Below are positions 22,129-30,990 of a stretch of 64,000 nt of DNA, piece after piece (within the stretch, counting starts at the first letter, position 1; every line of letters begins with the position of its first letter). The notes under the pieces were generated by a model. That model did not search any database. It was not told the DNA's origin and worked only from the letters and a program-made list of their open reading frames with translations. Source of the DNA: a virus. Its lineage: Duplodnaviria; Caudoviricetes. The position numbers were made by a program, and so were the translations under genes. The DNA is taken from the IMG/VR virus record IMGVR_UViG_3300037067_015039, positions 1 through 64,000 of that record, one strand, 5' to 3'.

Positions 22129-22380
22129 AGCTAAACCGATCGCCAAGAGTTTCACATTGGCAGCAGTGCCTTGAGCCGTTATAGCGAAAGTCACTATTCC
22201 GCCGCTATAAGTTGCCCCGATGATGCATGTTGCGTCTCCACCAGTAGCAAATACAGCTTCAACTTTGCCCAAGCCAGTTGCCCACGTGTCACCATCGACA
22301 ATAGCATCGATCTGGGCCAAAACATGCTGGCGATTCCCCATATTAAGGAGAGTCTTAGAGCTCGGAGTTAATGCAGTCAT
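22126..22380 (-). CDS. Small virion protein
   Basis: GGAGG RBS; beta-rich; follows the capsid decoration gene. Confidence 0.6.
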   Translation of the reverse strand: MTALTPSSKTLLNMGNRQHVLAQIDAIVDGDTWATGLGKVEAVFATGGDATCIIGATYSGGIVTFAITAQGTAANVKLLAIGLA

Positions 22381-22395
22381 GCTTTACCTCCTCTT

Positions 22396-22914
22396 TTACC
22401 AGACCAAGTTCTGGAGTAGGACCGAATTGGTTCCCGCCGTTGTATTACGGGCCGTCAATGCAACACCATAGTTTGCATCGATGAAAACGCCGGCCGCTTG
22501 TCGACCGAAAGTGTTATCCGTACCATAGCAACATCCGTCACCGGCCGCAGTCGAAGCCTCGGTAAGAGCAGTGACGACGCCACCAACCTGTATCCAGCTA
22601 TAATACTGATCCGTGATAACACAACCGGCTACGCCGGCTACCAGGTTTACGCCAGCAGCGATCGCTGAACTGATGTCGCTGGTAGCAATAAAAGTGCCTG
22701 ATGCCGGTGCCAGAGATTTCCAATAAAGGACTCCTCCAGCGACCGCGGCAACATTATCGGTCCCGTTGTCAAATTGGACATACCGATAAACATTGCCATT
22801 GTGACGATACAGAACGCCAAGAGGTGATTTGGCGGCTACATGGTTTGCATAACCTGGACCTGCCGCAGGTATCTCGACAGTTTCCAGGGTTCCAAAAGTG
22901 AAAAGACCGTCCAT
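22396..22914 (-). CDS. Capsid decoration/cement protein
   Basis: Directly after the major capsid gene; GNVYRYV...AGV....YSWIQVGG motif. Confidence 0.7.
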   Translation of the reverse strand: MDGLFTFGTLETVEIPAAGPGYANHVAAKSPLGVLYRHNGNVYRYVQFDNGTDNVAAVAGGVLYWKSLAPASGTFIATSDISSAIAAGVNLVAGVAGCVITDQYYSWIQVGGVVTALTEASTAAGDGCCYGTDNTFGRQAAGVFIDANYGVALTARNTTAGTNSVLLQNLVW

Positions 22915-22938
22915 GGAATTACTCCTTTCGAGACCCTA

Positions 22939-23913
22939 TTACAGGGTAGTTACTCCGGTGAGCATGAAGAACAACCTTGGCGCCGGAATCAAAAGATTGC
23001 CGGAGAACAGGTATTGGCCAGCGACGTCATCCGTATTCTGCGCTTCCTTAAAGCCTGTGAATCCGAATTGATACTTCGGCAGGGTGGAAATCCAGAACTG
23101 GATGTATTTGGTATTCAGGCCGAAAATATATCCGGCAGGGGCATATTGATCGACGGTGATCGATGACCCGTTCCATCTCAATGATTGGAATCCGATTTTG
23201 GCAACATCGGTGTTCTCTTCGAGAAACCTTTGCTGTGGCTGGATCTTGTTCCAGATCATGTCCCAAATCAACTGACTGGTGACGATGAGATCGATGTGTT
23301 CATTACCGAACCATGCGGCGCCATAAGCTGCTTGGAGTCCGAGCATTGTGAATGGATTGAGGGTATTGACGTATCCGTTGATGCCTTGGTTGTTGGTTCC
23401 GTTGGCTACCCCAAGGTCTGAACGGGTGATCCCGCCATAAGATGCATAGGTATTGCCATTGTCCAAAGCTTGCTGGAAACCGTCTAAATTGATGGTCGCC
23501 GAATTAACTCCGGTTCCATCCAGGAAAATGTCCGTGCCAAGCAACTTGGCCATTTTGCCGGAAGCGTTTACCATCTTGCTTTCGACATAATTCATTGCGG
23601 CGTCCGGTCCACGGGCCAATACGTTGTCAGTCCCGAACAATGTCACGTTGACATAGTAAAACTTCGGGTTGACCTCGAGGGCCGTGTCGGTTTGCACATA
23701 GGTAATATTGAAAGTGCCACCGCGTTGGAATGCTCCGCCGTTCAATTCAGCGTACGCAATTGGGTGCCGAATAGTCGTACCACCTTCAAAGCGTTCTGCA
23801 TTCCTCGTCCTGAGCCGGGTAAAGACAGGAGATGATTTATACACGTTATCCACGAGCCGTGGAACGATGTGTTTGTTCACCTTACCTGTGATGTCATCCC
23901 AAGTAAGAGCCAT
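22939..23913 (-). CDS. Major capsid protein (HK97 fold)
   Basis: Likely start MALTWDD after GGAG; LVDNVYKSSP, EGG..I..PI, IFLDGTG and YGGITRS motifs; downstream of the scaffold gene. Confidence 0.9.
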   Translation of the reverse strand: MALTWDDITGKVNKHIVPRLVDNVYKSSPVFTRLRTRNAERFEGGTTIRHPIAYAELNGGAFQRGGTFNITYVQTDTALEVNPKFYYVNVTLFGTDNVLARGPDAAMNYVESKMVNASGKMAKLLGTDIFLDGTGVNSATINLDGFQQALDNGNTYASYGGITRSDLGVANGTNNQGINGYVNTLNPFTMLGLQAAYGAAWFGNEHIDLIVTSQLIWDMIWNKIQPQQRFLEENTDVAKIGFQSLRWNGSSITVDQYAPAGYIFGLNTKYIQFWISTLPKYQFGFTGFKEAQNTDDVAGQYLFSGNLLIPAPRLFFMLTGVTTL

Positions 23914-24136
23914 AATAATTAACTCCATCGATAAAAGGTTACAAGTTTCCGCTTATGCGGATCTTCCGGCTAACGCTTGCTAGTCGGCTAATCTACACTC
24001 GCCTCTGTCTTGCTGCCTTCCATCCATGGCTCCCCGGGATGCTCCCCGGTTCCACTTCCGGCTCGGGCGCCGCCATTGGGGCTCGTGCCTTTAGGGGGCC
24101 AGACCGCCCGGCCCCCTACCATTTCAGGGCTGCTTA

Positions 24137-24973
24137 TTAGCCCTTTCCTTCTGCCCGGAGTTCCGCCCCGATTAAATTCGCAAGTCTTGGATCACCAAGA
24201 GGAATGTCATCAGGGATTCCGGTATCCTTCTTTGCGATTCTTGATTGCAGAGGTCCGAGTGACGGTTCCCCCCCGCTACCTTGATCCAAAGGAAGGTTTG
24301 CAGCTTTTATACGATCGTTGTACTTCTTCTCGTAATCTGCCTCGAGTGTTGCCTTGAGCTTCTCAATCGAGAAATCTTTAGTTAGAAACTCGTAGGCTGC
24401 CTCTATGTCCCCGCCTCGCTTTTGCGCTTCCGCAATCAGTTGGTTACGGTCTAAAGGCTTTCCGTAATCCGCCTGGCATTTCTGCTGCAAGTCGATGACT
24501 TGAAAAATGGCCGCGCCGAGATTGTCTCCTCGCTTGGTCACTTCTTCTTCAAACTTTGCGGCTGTAATGAGTTCACCCTTTTCAATTTTTTGAGTGAAAC
24601 CCTGGACCGTTTGTTCAAGGTTCGCTGTTCTTTCTCTAGCCTGAGATAATTCTGCCCGGGCTGCATTGAGAGCTTTTGTTATAGCAGCGTCCTCATCTCC
24701 CGATAGTCCATCATCAATCGAACTCGCCTTAGCTGCTTCAAGAGCCGCAATCGTTTCTTTCAGCGTCTTGGATTCGGCTAAAGCATCTTTGTACTGTTTA
24801 TCCGCGCTCGAGTGCCAATCCTTCCACTCTTTTTCCTTAGCGGTAAGTTCGTTCATCTTGCGCGAATAATCCGCCTGACGAAGTTGCCCTTCCTCAAGCA
24901 TTTTCTTCGTACCTTCTCTTTCAGCTTCAGGAAGTAAATCCACAAGCTTTTGGAGTTCCGGTGTTAACGCCAT
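24137..24973 (-). CDS. Capsid scaffolding protein
   Basis: Acidic coiled coil with an LRQADYSRKMNEL motif; immediately upstream of the capsid gene. Confidence 0.8.
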   Translation of the reverse strand: MALTPELQKLVDLLPEAEREGTKKMLEEGQLRQADYSRKMNELTAKEKEWKDWHSSADKQYKDALAESKTLKETIAALEAAKASSIDDGLSGDEDAAITKALNAARAELSQARERTANLEQTVQGFTQKIEKGELITAAKFEEEVTKRGDNLGAAIFQVIDLQQKCQADYGKPLDRNQLIAEAQKRGGDIEAAYEFLTKDFSIEKLKATLEADYEKKYNDRIKAANLPLDQGSGGEPSLGPLQSRIAKKDTGIPDDIPLGDPRLANLIGAELRAEGKG

Positions 24974-25044
24974 ACATTTGATCCGTTACTATCTACCCTG
25001 ATTCGACATTTCCCGAAGTCCGTCAGGTGTAAACCCGGTTTACA

Positions 25045-25440
25045 TTAGGCTAGTGCCGGCCCTTGGCCTGGTCCTCCACGACCTTGCGGGGGAGGATTGC
25101 CTTGAGCGCCTGCGCCTCCATCGCCCCCACCCACTTCAGGAGTTTGGGGCGCCGATCTGACGGCTGACAATCCAGAATCCAATATCGCTGTAGCTCGAGC
25201 GGCGAAGGGAGCCATTAACGGCTCAGTCTTAGCCATCTCCTCTAAAACCTTTTTTATTGCTTCAACCTGAGTCGTTACCGCTCCATGAGGGTCAGGGGCG
25301 CCCGGGGCTGGCATTCCACCCGGTCTTTTAGCTGCAATAGCTCCAAGCCCACCCCCAGGTTCAGACGGCACAGGTTGCCCTTGCTGGCTGCCTATTGAGG
25401 GATCCGGCAAAGGAGGCATATCCAACCCTGGCGCTGGCAT
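25045..25440 (-). CDS. Pro/Gly-rich hypothetical head-region protein
   Basis: Low-complexity flanks around one helical hairpin. Confidence 0.6.
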   Translation of the reverse strand: MPAPGLDMPPLPDPSIGSQQGQPVPSEPGGGLGAIAAKRPGGMPAPGAPDPHGAVTTQVEAIKKVLEEMAKTEPLMAPFAARATAILDSGLSAVRSAPQTPEVGGGDGGAGAQGNPPPQGRGGPGQGPALA

Positions 25441-25442
25441 AG

Positions 25443-25598
25443 TTATTCAACCTTGCCTTTCTTCCCTGATTCACTCTTTTGGTTTGCAGAATCCGGAGTG
25501 GTGGACAGTGGGACAAACGTAGCCGGAGATTGAATTCCAGCCGGTTGAGTATTGTCTCCATGACCTTCAAAGGATCCTTCTTTTTTTTCTTCTGCCAT
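25443..25598 (-). CDS. Small hypothetical protein (51 aa, below the ORF-track cutoff)
   Basis: GAGGAG RBS; MAEEKKEGSFEGHGDN...GKKGKVE*. Confidence 0.6.
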   Translation of the reverse strand: MAEEKKEGSFEGHGDNTQPAGIQSPATFVPLSTTPDSANQKSESGKKGKVE

Positions 25599-25624
25599 GA
25601 TGTTCTCCTCTCGGTTAATACTTG

Positions 25625-25807
25625 CTACCTGCGGTTCGTACCCCGCATATTCTTTCGGCCTTTGGCTTTCCTATATCCAGAAAGTTCCTTAGCCTGATCT
25701 GCCGCTTCTGATTTAAGCTCCCGCTTGGAACCTTTACGAAGTTTTTTGACAAGGCTTGCGTGTTCATCTACAAGCTCTTTTTTGTCCATGCAGATCTTAG
25801 GACTCAT
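25625..25807 (-). CDS. Small basic protein
   Basis: TAATG-coupled; ends RGTNRR. Confidence 0.65.
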   Translation of the reverse strand: MSPKICMDKKELVDEHASLVKKLRKGSKRELKSEAADQAKELSGYRKAKGRKNMRGTNRR

Positions 25808-25944
25808 TACTTTCTCCCGGAGCCGCGGCCGCCCTTACGGCCTTTACCTCTCTTGGATTTTCTCCACGCGGATTCTTCGATTTTTTCTTTTTCTGCTGAT
25901 TCGCCGGCTTCATGAGCGGCGGCTTTATCACATACCTTTGCCAT
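25807..25944 (-). CDS. Small basic protein (45 aa, not in the ORF track)
   Basis: MAKVCDKAAAHEAGESAEKEKIEESAWRKSKRGKGRKGGRGSGRK*; TAATG overlaps on both sides. Confidence 0.65.
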   Translation of the reverse strand: MAKVCDKAAAHEAGESAEKEKIEESAWRKSKRGKGRKGGRGSGRK

Positions 25945-26168
25945 TATCGTCTCCCCCCTCTAGAAACCTTCCGACTACCTTTACGTTTCTTGCGATCTTT
26001 TGATTGCCCGGAAACGTGTAAGCCAATTGCTACGGCCTGGCTCGGACTCTCAACTACTGGCCCGGTCTTAGATCCAGAATGTAGATTCCCGCGCTTAAAC
26101 TTGCTCATCTCTTCATGCATCCGTTTGCGCTTTTCTTCTTTAGAAGCACTCTTCGGTAATGCTGGCAT
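25944..26168 (-). CDS. DUF6496-like small basic protein
   Basis: MSKFKRGNLHSGSKTGPVVESPSQAVAIGL motif; ends SRGGRR. Confidence 0.7.
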   Translation of the reverse strand: MPALPKSASKEEKRKRMHEEMSKFKRGNLHSGSKTGPVVESPSQAVAIGLHVSGQSKDRKKRKGSRKVSRGGRR

Positions 26169-26170
26169 GA

Positions 26171-26449
26171 TTACCTCCGTGAAGATCTTCGGCCATTCCG
26201 GGCACCGAGCTTCCGGGATTTTCGCGGCATACTTTCTTTCCGCGAAGATAATTCGTTAAGCCCATCTGACTGACTCCGTATGTGGCCGATGGCTTTTTCA
26301 TGTCTTCCAGAATCTGTTCTGAGATCAAGATATTCACGAATTGTTCTGGCATCGCCTTCAACCCGATATTTTTCTTCCTGCACCGGATCTATTTGCGGAA
26401 CTGTGGTATTGAACTTGGGGCCTTTTAACCTTTTCGTTTTCTTCGCCAT
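26171..26449 (-). CDS. Small basic protein
   Basis: GGAG RBS; ends GRRSSRR. Confidence 0.65.
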   Translation of the reverse strand: MAKKTKRLKGPKFNTTVPQIDPVQEEKYRVEGDARTIREYLDLRTDSGRHEKAIGHIRSQSDGLNELSSRKESMPRKSRKLGARNGRRSSRR

Positions 26450-26462
26450 ATTTAATCTCCGG

Positions 26463-26509
26463 GATTGACTGGGACCTGGCGGGTAGATAATGCCAGGTCC
26501 CAGTCAATC
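26463..26509. repeat. Perfect 18-bp inverted repeat
   Basis: GATTGACTGGGACCTGGC-N11-GCCAGGTCCCAGTCAATC. Confidence 0.95.
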
Positions 26510-26561
26510 AACTTCGGGATTGCCGTCAAAACCATCCTACTACACCGCTGTCAAGCCCCCC

Positions 26562-26930
26562 CTACCGGCGGCTTGTTGAACGTCCCTCTTTACGTGGTTT
26601 TCTGGTTTTAGTAATAACCTTCTCGCCCTCATGTAACTTGGCCGGACCAGATTTTTTTATCCGGCCGCCCTTACGATAACCTTCGGAAGACATGGCAGCA
26701 CCCGCGGCTTTATTCTCTTTTCTCAAAAGTTCCATGCCCATCTTACGGGCCTGAAGCGCATTATTAGAAAGCAGCTTTGAATAGTCATCCCCCAACGGCT
26801 GAGGGTTTTTTATTTGTCCAAGAATATTCCTCTCGCTATGATGTTTCTTGAACTGCTCTTCCTTAGTATCTGCGTAGGCAAGCCAGTCTTTTGATTTTCC
26901 TGTTTTAGGAAGGGTTTCATTTTCAGGCAT
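26562..26930 (-). CDS. Small basic protein with an xxKGG...LHEGE motif
   Basis: YRKGGRIKKSGPAKLHEGEKVI; ends RSTSRR. Confidence 0.65.
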   Translation of the reverse strand: MPENETLPKTGKSKDWLAYADTKEEQFKKHHSERNILGQIKNPQPLGDDYSKLLSNNALQARKMGMELLRKENKAAGAAMSSEGYRKGGRIKKSGPAKLHEGEKVITKTRKPRKEGRSTSRR

Positions 26931-26932
26931 AG

Positions 26933-27337
26933 CTATGCTCCAATCGGTCTTCCATTAGGACCAAATAATGTTCCCGGTCTAAAACCTTCCGGAGAAGTTA
27001 CAGGAGTGGGAGATTCAATATGAGCTATTGGACGTTGAACCTCAATTTCTCGATAACACCCAATACACTTAAATGAAAGCCGGCCGTCCTTGGTTTGGGC
27101 TTTTGCTTCATAAACCGATTTCTTATTTCTGCGTTTGCAATCAGGCGCCGGGCAGGTAAAAACAACATAATCCGATCCCTTTGCCTTAACAGTTGATATC
27201 ATTCTTTGCTTTATGAATTTTCTCCTGGATACCAAAGATTGGACTCCGCTGATTTCAGTCCGAACAGTCTTTGTTGGATATCCCCCACCACGGTTTACGA
27301 TCTTTTCTGCATTTGTTTGGAAAACAATCCCGGTCAT
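26933..27337 (-). CDS. Zn-ribbon protein
   Basis: CPAPDC...CIGC; AAGGGA RBS. Confidence 0.6.
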   Translation of the reverse strand: MTGIVFQTNAEKIVNRGGGYPTKTVRTEISGVQSLVSRRKFIKQRMISTVKAKGSDYVVFTCPAPDCKRRNKKSVYEAKAQTKDGRLSFKCIGCYREIEVQRPIAHIESPTPVTSPEGFRPGTLFGPNGRPIGA

Positions 27338-27348
27338 ACTTTTCCCTT

Positions 27349-29241
27349 TTATATAGCGGCTGCGTTGCCTTGAGTGGCATTACTTACTTTTTGCAAAGCT
27401 CCAGGAGTCATACCACCGCCTCCTCCTGTAGCTCCCTGTTTTTGCCTCATAGCTTGAGCCAAAATATTGGCTCCTTCTTCATCAATCCCCTTTCGGACGG
27501 ATTCATACAGTCCTCCAAGGTCAAGAGAATCGAGTAAGTTTTTGAGGTCCATATCGCCCATGCGTCGGAGTTGGATCATGAGAGCCTGTTGTGGCATTCG
27601 AGCGGATTTCAGGAGCGACCCAGGGACCATAAGGAAAGTGAACTTTTTCCAATGTTCTTCTGGCTTATCTCCCTCGGGAACCATAGTTCCGGGGTCATAA
27701 TCGAAGTCTTCCCAGGTGAGGCCATCACTGCCAAGCAATTGCATCCGGCGTTTTAAGGTATAGTACTGGAACGCATTCGGCACCCATTGCTGACCAACCT
27801 GCTTCATAAAGTCTTCAATATAGCGGACCTTTAAACGAACAAGGGTTTGCTGTCCCTCTTTCATGCTCTCAATAGTATCGCTTGCAGGAACAATGCCGCG
27901 GCGAGACATGCTTCCCATATCTAAGAACCCGCTCTGGCTATCCAGTTCCTGTTGGGCATAAAGCATTGTCTGGAAGACAAATCCTGGAAGAACAGGAGAA
28001 GGCGCATAAGTCGGAGCGGCAATAGAACTCGGGCTGTAGAAAATCTTTGCATTCGGCATGTTTGGATCGAGGCTCTTTTTCACCGCGGCTCCGAATGCAT
28101 TATCAGGAGCAAGCAACATTGGGTTGACAGCCTTCTTGACCGCATCCAAAATACCTGCAAGAACATTATTCATCACATCTTGCAATGGCATTTGGTTTCT
28201 AAATTCTGATATGCCTGGCCATTGCCATGGCACACGGTTTAGCCTGAGACAGGCAAAGGGGAACATTCCGTGGTAGAAGGGGTTGGGTCCGTCGAAAAGT
28301 ACAACGGGACCTCCCATAATAATAAGGCGTCCTCGAGGGTACAGTTTCTCGCCAGGACTAACCATATATCCATATTCCCCACTTTGTTGCCCTCCATTGC
28401 CAACCCAAACCTCACGATTGGACGTATTCCGTTGTGAATCCCTGATCCAAAATTCCCTATACAAAGCCATAGGAATAGCCGATTCCCGGATCTGAGTTGA
28501 AGACTGGCCAAAGAGCCGGCGCATCTGCGGAGACATGATCTGCATGCCTCGAGTCCAAAGGTTCTGATTTGGAGTGCTCGTATATTGGGAATATTCTTTG
28601 TCGACAGGGACGCGAAAGCCACGAAGGGGATATTTCTCTTTAAACCAACTTAGTGGTTTCGGACAACGGTAAATGACGCCCATTGCCCTTTGCAGGGTAT
28701 GCGACGGCCGGATCGGGATCAGATCCATAGCGCCAAGGGGAATAAGTTCCATTTCCCCATCGCCATTTCTCAGGTCCGGGTTCCACATCAGCCGGCCGTA
28801 TCCGATCGTCAAAGCGGCATGAATGATAATCATTGCCAGGCTCATATCAATGTCTTCGTTCGTGAACCAGGCACCGATCATCTTATTCAGAACTTTGGCA
28901 TGCTGATCATAAAGTTTATTATTCGATTTGATTTCGAATGACGGCCGGATATCTGTAAGGTAGGAAATCAATTGAACCAGATTGGTCCACAGCCTGTTAG
29001 CGACCGGAGCGGCTTTGTAGCTTGGCCGGCGCTCAACCCATTGTTTGCCCATCAAGTAATTGATTGCGCGATCGATTTGTACGATCTCATCATTACGTTC
29101 AAGATCGTCTTTGGCTTCTTCGAAAACCGCCTCACACCATTTACTGATAATAACATCGTGGGCATTTTCTTGAATCGGCCATGTCTTGCCAGATGGGTCA
29201 AATGAATACCAGCCCGGGAGATCCAAAGCATTATCCTCCAA
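27349..29241 (-). CDS. Portal protein (P22-like)
   Basis: 630 aa; YLMGKQW, NRL, YPRGR, GPNPF and PLQD..N motifs; between the terminase and scaffold genes. Confidence 0.9.
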   Translation of the reverse strand: MEDNALDLPGWYSFDPSGKTWPIQENAHDVIISKWCEAVFEEAKDDLERNDEIVQIDRAINYLMGKQWVERRPSYKAAPVANRLWTNLVQLISYLTDIRPSFEIKSNNKLYDQHAKVLNKMIGAWFTNEDIDMSLAMIIIHAALTIGYGRLMWNPDLRNGDGEMELIPLGAMDLIPIRPSHTLQRAMGVIYRCPKPLSWFKEKYPLRGFRVPVDKEYSQYTSTPNQNLWTRGMQIMSPQMRRLFGQSSTQIRESAIPMALYREFWIRDSQRNTSNREVWVGNGGQQSGEYGYMVSPGEKLYPRGRLIIMGGPVVLFDGPNPFYHGMFPFACLRLNRVPWQWPGISEFRNQMPLQDVMNNVLAGILDAVKKAVNPMLLAPDNAFGAAVKKSLDPNMPNAKIFYSPSSIAAPTYAPSPVLPGFVFQTMLYAQQELDSQSGFLDMGSMSRRGIVPASDTIESMKEGQQTLVRLKVRYIEDFMKQVGQQWVPNAFQYYTLKRRMQLLGSDGLTWEDFDYDPGTMVPEGDKPEEHWKKFTFLMVPGSLLKSARMPQQALMIQLRRMGDMDLKNLLDSLDLGGLYESVRKGIDEEGANILAQAMRQKQGATGGGGGMTPGALQKVSNATQGNAAAI

Positions 29242-29245
29242 CTTC

Positions 29246-29266
29246 AGTGTAACTGATCGCTGTCAA
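29246..29266 (-). promoter_or_regulatory. TTGACA-N9-TAnnnT promoter-like site (also 2384..2404, 20102..20122, 26534..26554)
   Basis: Four sites with the same 9-bp spacing, each at a gene boundary in the late region. Confidence 0.7.
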
Positions 29267-29270
29267 GCCC

Positions 29271-29564
29271 CTACCCAATCTGGTTGAATTTAGTTTGAGG
29301 AGGATTAACATCCGTTGCCGGGACAACCCCGAATTCATGACACGCTCGAGTGAGTTCGGATCTCCGGCCGATATGGATTTCTTTGCCATCCGGATCCAGG
29401 TTTCTGGTATTAAATCCCTGGAAGACGCTCACTGCGGCCAAAGAAAAAAGCCGTTCCATTCTCGTACCGCAGATTGAGCAATCTCGTGTTTCCTCAGTCA
29501 TTCCCCACCGAAGATAGGATTCCTTCGTCCCGCAAGCCGGACATTGTTCTTCATAAATGGGCAT
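29271..29564 (-). CDS. FmdB-type zinc-ribbon protein
   Basis: MPIYEEQCPACG...CSICG..MERLFS. Confidence 0.8.
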   Translation of the reverse strand: MPIYEEQCPACGTKESYLRWGMTEETRDCSICGTRMERLFSLAAVSVFQGFNTRNLDPDGKEIHIGRRSELTRACHEFGVVPATDVNPPQTKFNQIG

Positions 29565-29572
29565 GACTCTCC

Positions 29573-30103
29573 TTACGCAATCCAGGGTTTGTGAAATAAC
29601 ACGCCCTGATTATATAAATATTCGTTCCATCCATGTACACTGAGGTTTTTCATGCCACTATCCATTACAGCGTCGATCATGGCCATAAGGCGTTTCTTAC
29701 CCTTATTGGATTCAATCTCTTTTTCTGTTTCTGAGACAGTTCTCCAATTTATATGGAACTGATCCCCTTTTGGACAAATGTTGAAATTATCTCCTCTGAG
29801 ATAAGCACGATGATCCCCGGGAACACTGGAGACGAGGTATGGATATTTTGAATCCTGGCGAAATGCTATTGGAGCTTTTGGACGAAGACAAGGGTATCCG
29901 ACCCATTGTCCAACAATATTGTCATCGTTCTGGCATTCCTTCCATCCAGTGAAATGCATTCTGTATCCGTGATAATAAATTCCCAGATCTTCTTTTGAGA
30001 ATTGAGGGGTTCTATCCTCATATTCTGCCCGGGCAATCACTACGGGTGCAGAAATAATTGCTCCCAAAAATCCAAACATCGATCTTCGACTAATTTGTTT
30101 CAT
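29573..30103 (-). CDS. Hypothetical protein with a twin-arginine-like signal
   Basis: Likely start MKQISRRSMFGFLGAIISAPVVIARA after AAGGAGG. Confidence 0.6.
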   Translation of the reverse strand: MKQISRRSMFGFLGAIISAPVVIARAEYEDRTPQFSKEDLGIYYHGYRMHFTGWKECQNDDNIVGQWVGYPCLRPKAPIAFRQDSKYPYLVSSVPGDHRAYLRGDNFNICPKGDQFHINWRTVSETEKEIESNKGKKRLMAMIDAVMDSGMKNLSVHGWNEYLYNQGVLFHKPWIA

Positions 30104-30117
30104 GACGGCCTCCTTGG

Positions 30118-30387
30118 TTATTTCTTTTTCTTCGCTTCGAGTTTCACTTGGATTTTTTTTACCGGGAAAGGTTCTCCGGCCTTTTTGCATTTTTTGATGA
30201 ATTCACGTTCGTCATAATTTGGGCGACCAATTGTGACGAGGAAGGTACTATGCCGATCACGCTTATCGCGTTTACCGCGCAATGTGACTTTGGCAACTTC
30301 TTTCTCACTGTGAAAATAGCAGGCTTTTTTTATTCCTGGTGCAAGAACTGCTTCCATCAACTTCTCGTAAATCGATACTGGAATCAT
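30118..30387 (-). CDS. Hypothetical protein
   Basis: AAGGAG RBS; basic. Confidence 0.6.
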   Translation of the reverse strand: MIPVSIYEKLMEAVLAPGIKKACYFHSEKEVAKVTLRGKRDKRDRHSTFLVTIGRPNYDEREFIKKCKKAGEPFPVKKIQVKLEAKKKK

Positions 30388-30402
30388 GATGTTTTTCTCC
30401 TT

Positions 30403-30981
30403 TTATGAGTACCAAAGATTATCCAGACCTTCTTCAATCTTGGCCTGCATGTAGCGTTCGATAGACATCCCTCCTGATTCGGCGATATCTTTGATTGGTT
30501 CAACATGGCGTTCAGGAATATTTACAGTAATTGGCACATCCCCGCCGATTTTGCGCGGCATTGTCTGTACCATAACCCTGGCCTCAGCCCTTTCCACCTT
30601 CTCGCGCAGGTCTTTGATATTCTCGTTTTGCGCGAAGATCAGGCCGAAAAGACTTGATGAGTCGGTGAAATCAGCGCCAAGAAGAGATCTCATTCTCTCC
30701 TTATCGATCGGATCAATTTTTATCCGGTCATCAATAATTTCTTGTGGCGCATCCGATGATGCCGGGGCTGCCGCAGCAATGGCAGCAGTTCTCTTTGCTC
30801 TTATTTGAGAACTCATTTTCATGAGGGCCGCAGAAAGTTGATCCCTGTCAGCCCATTGATGCCCATTAGAGCAAAAATGTGTGAATTGACCTCCCGGCTT
30901 ATATTGCAGATCTATTTCTACCCCCAGGTCATAACAGGCAGGGCAGAGTTCTCGAGGTTTAGGTTTATTTGCGACGGCCAT
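30403..30981 (-). CDS. Zn-finger plus C-terminal ribbon-helix-helix-like protein
   Basis: CPAC...CSNGH; C-terminal ITVNIPERHVEPIKDIAESGGMSIERY. Confidence 0.55.
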   Translation of the reverse strand: MAVANKPKPRELCPACYDLGVEIDLQYKPGGQFTHFCSNGHQWADRDQLSAALMKMSSQIRAKRTAAIAAAAPASSDAPQEIIDDRIKIDPIDKERMRSLLGADFTDSSSLFGLIFAQNENIKDLREKVERAEARVMVQTMPRKIGGDVPITVNIPERHVEPIKDIAESGGMSIERYMQAKIEEGLDNLWYS

Positions 30982-30990
30982 AAGCTCCTC

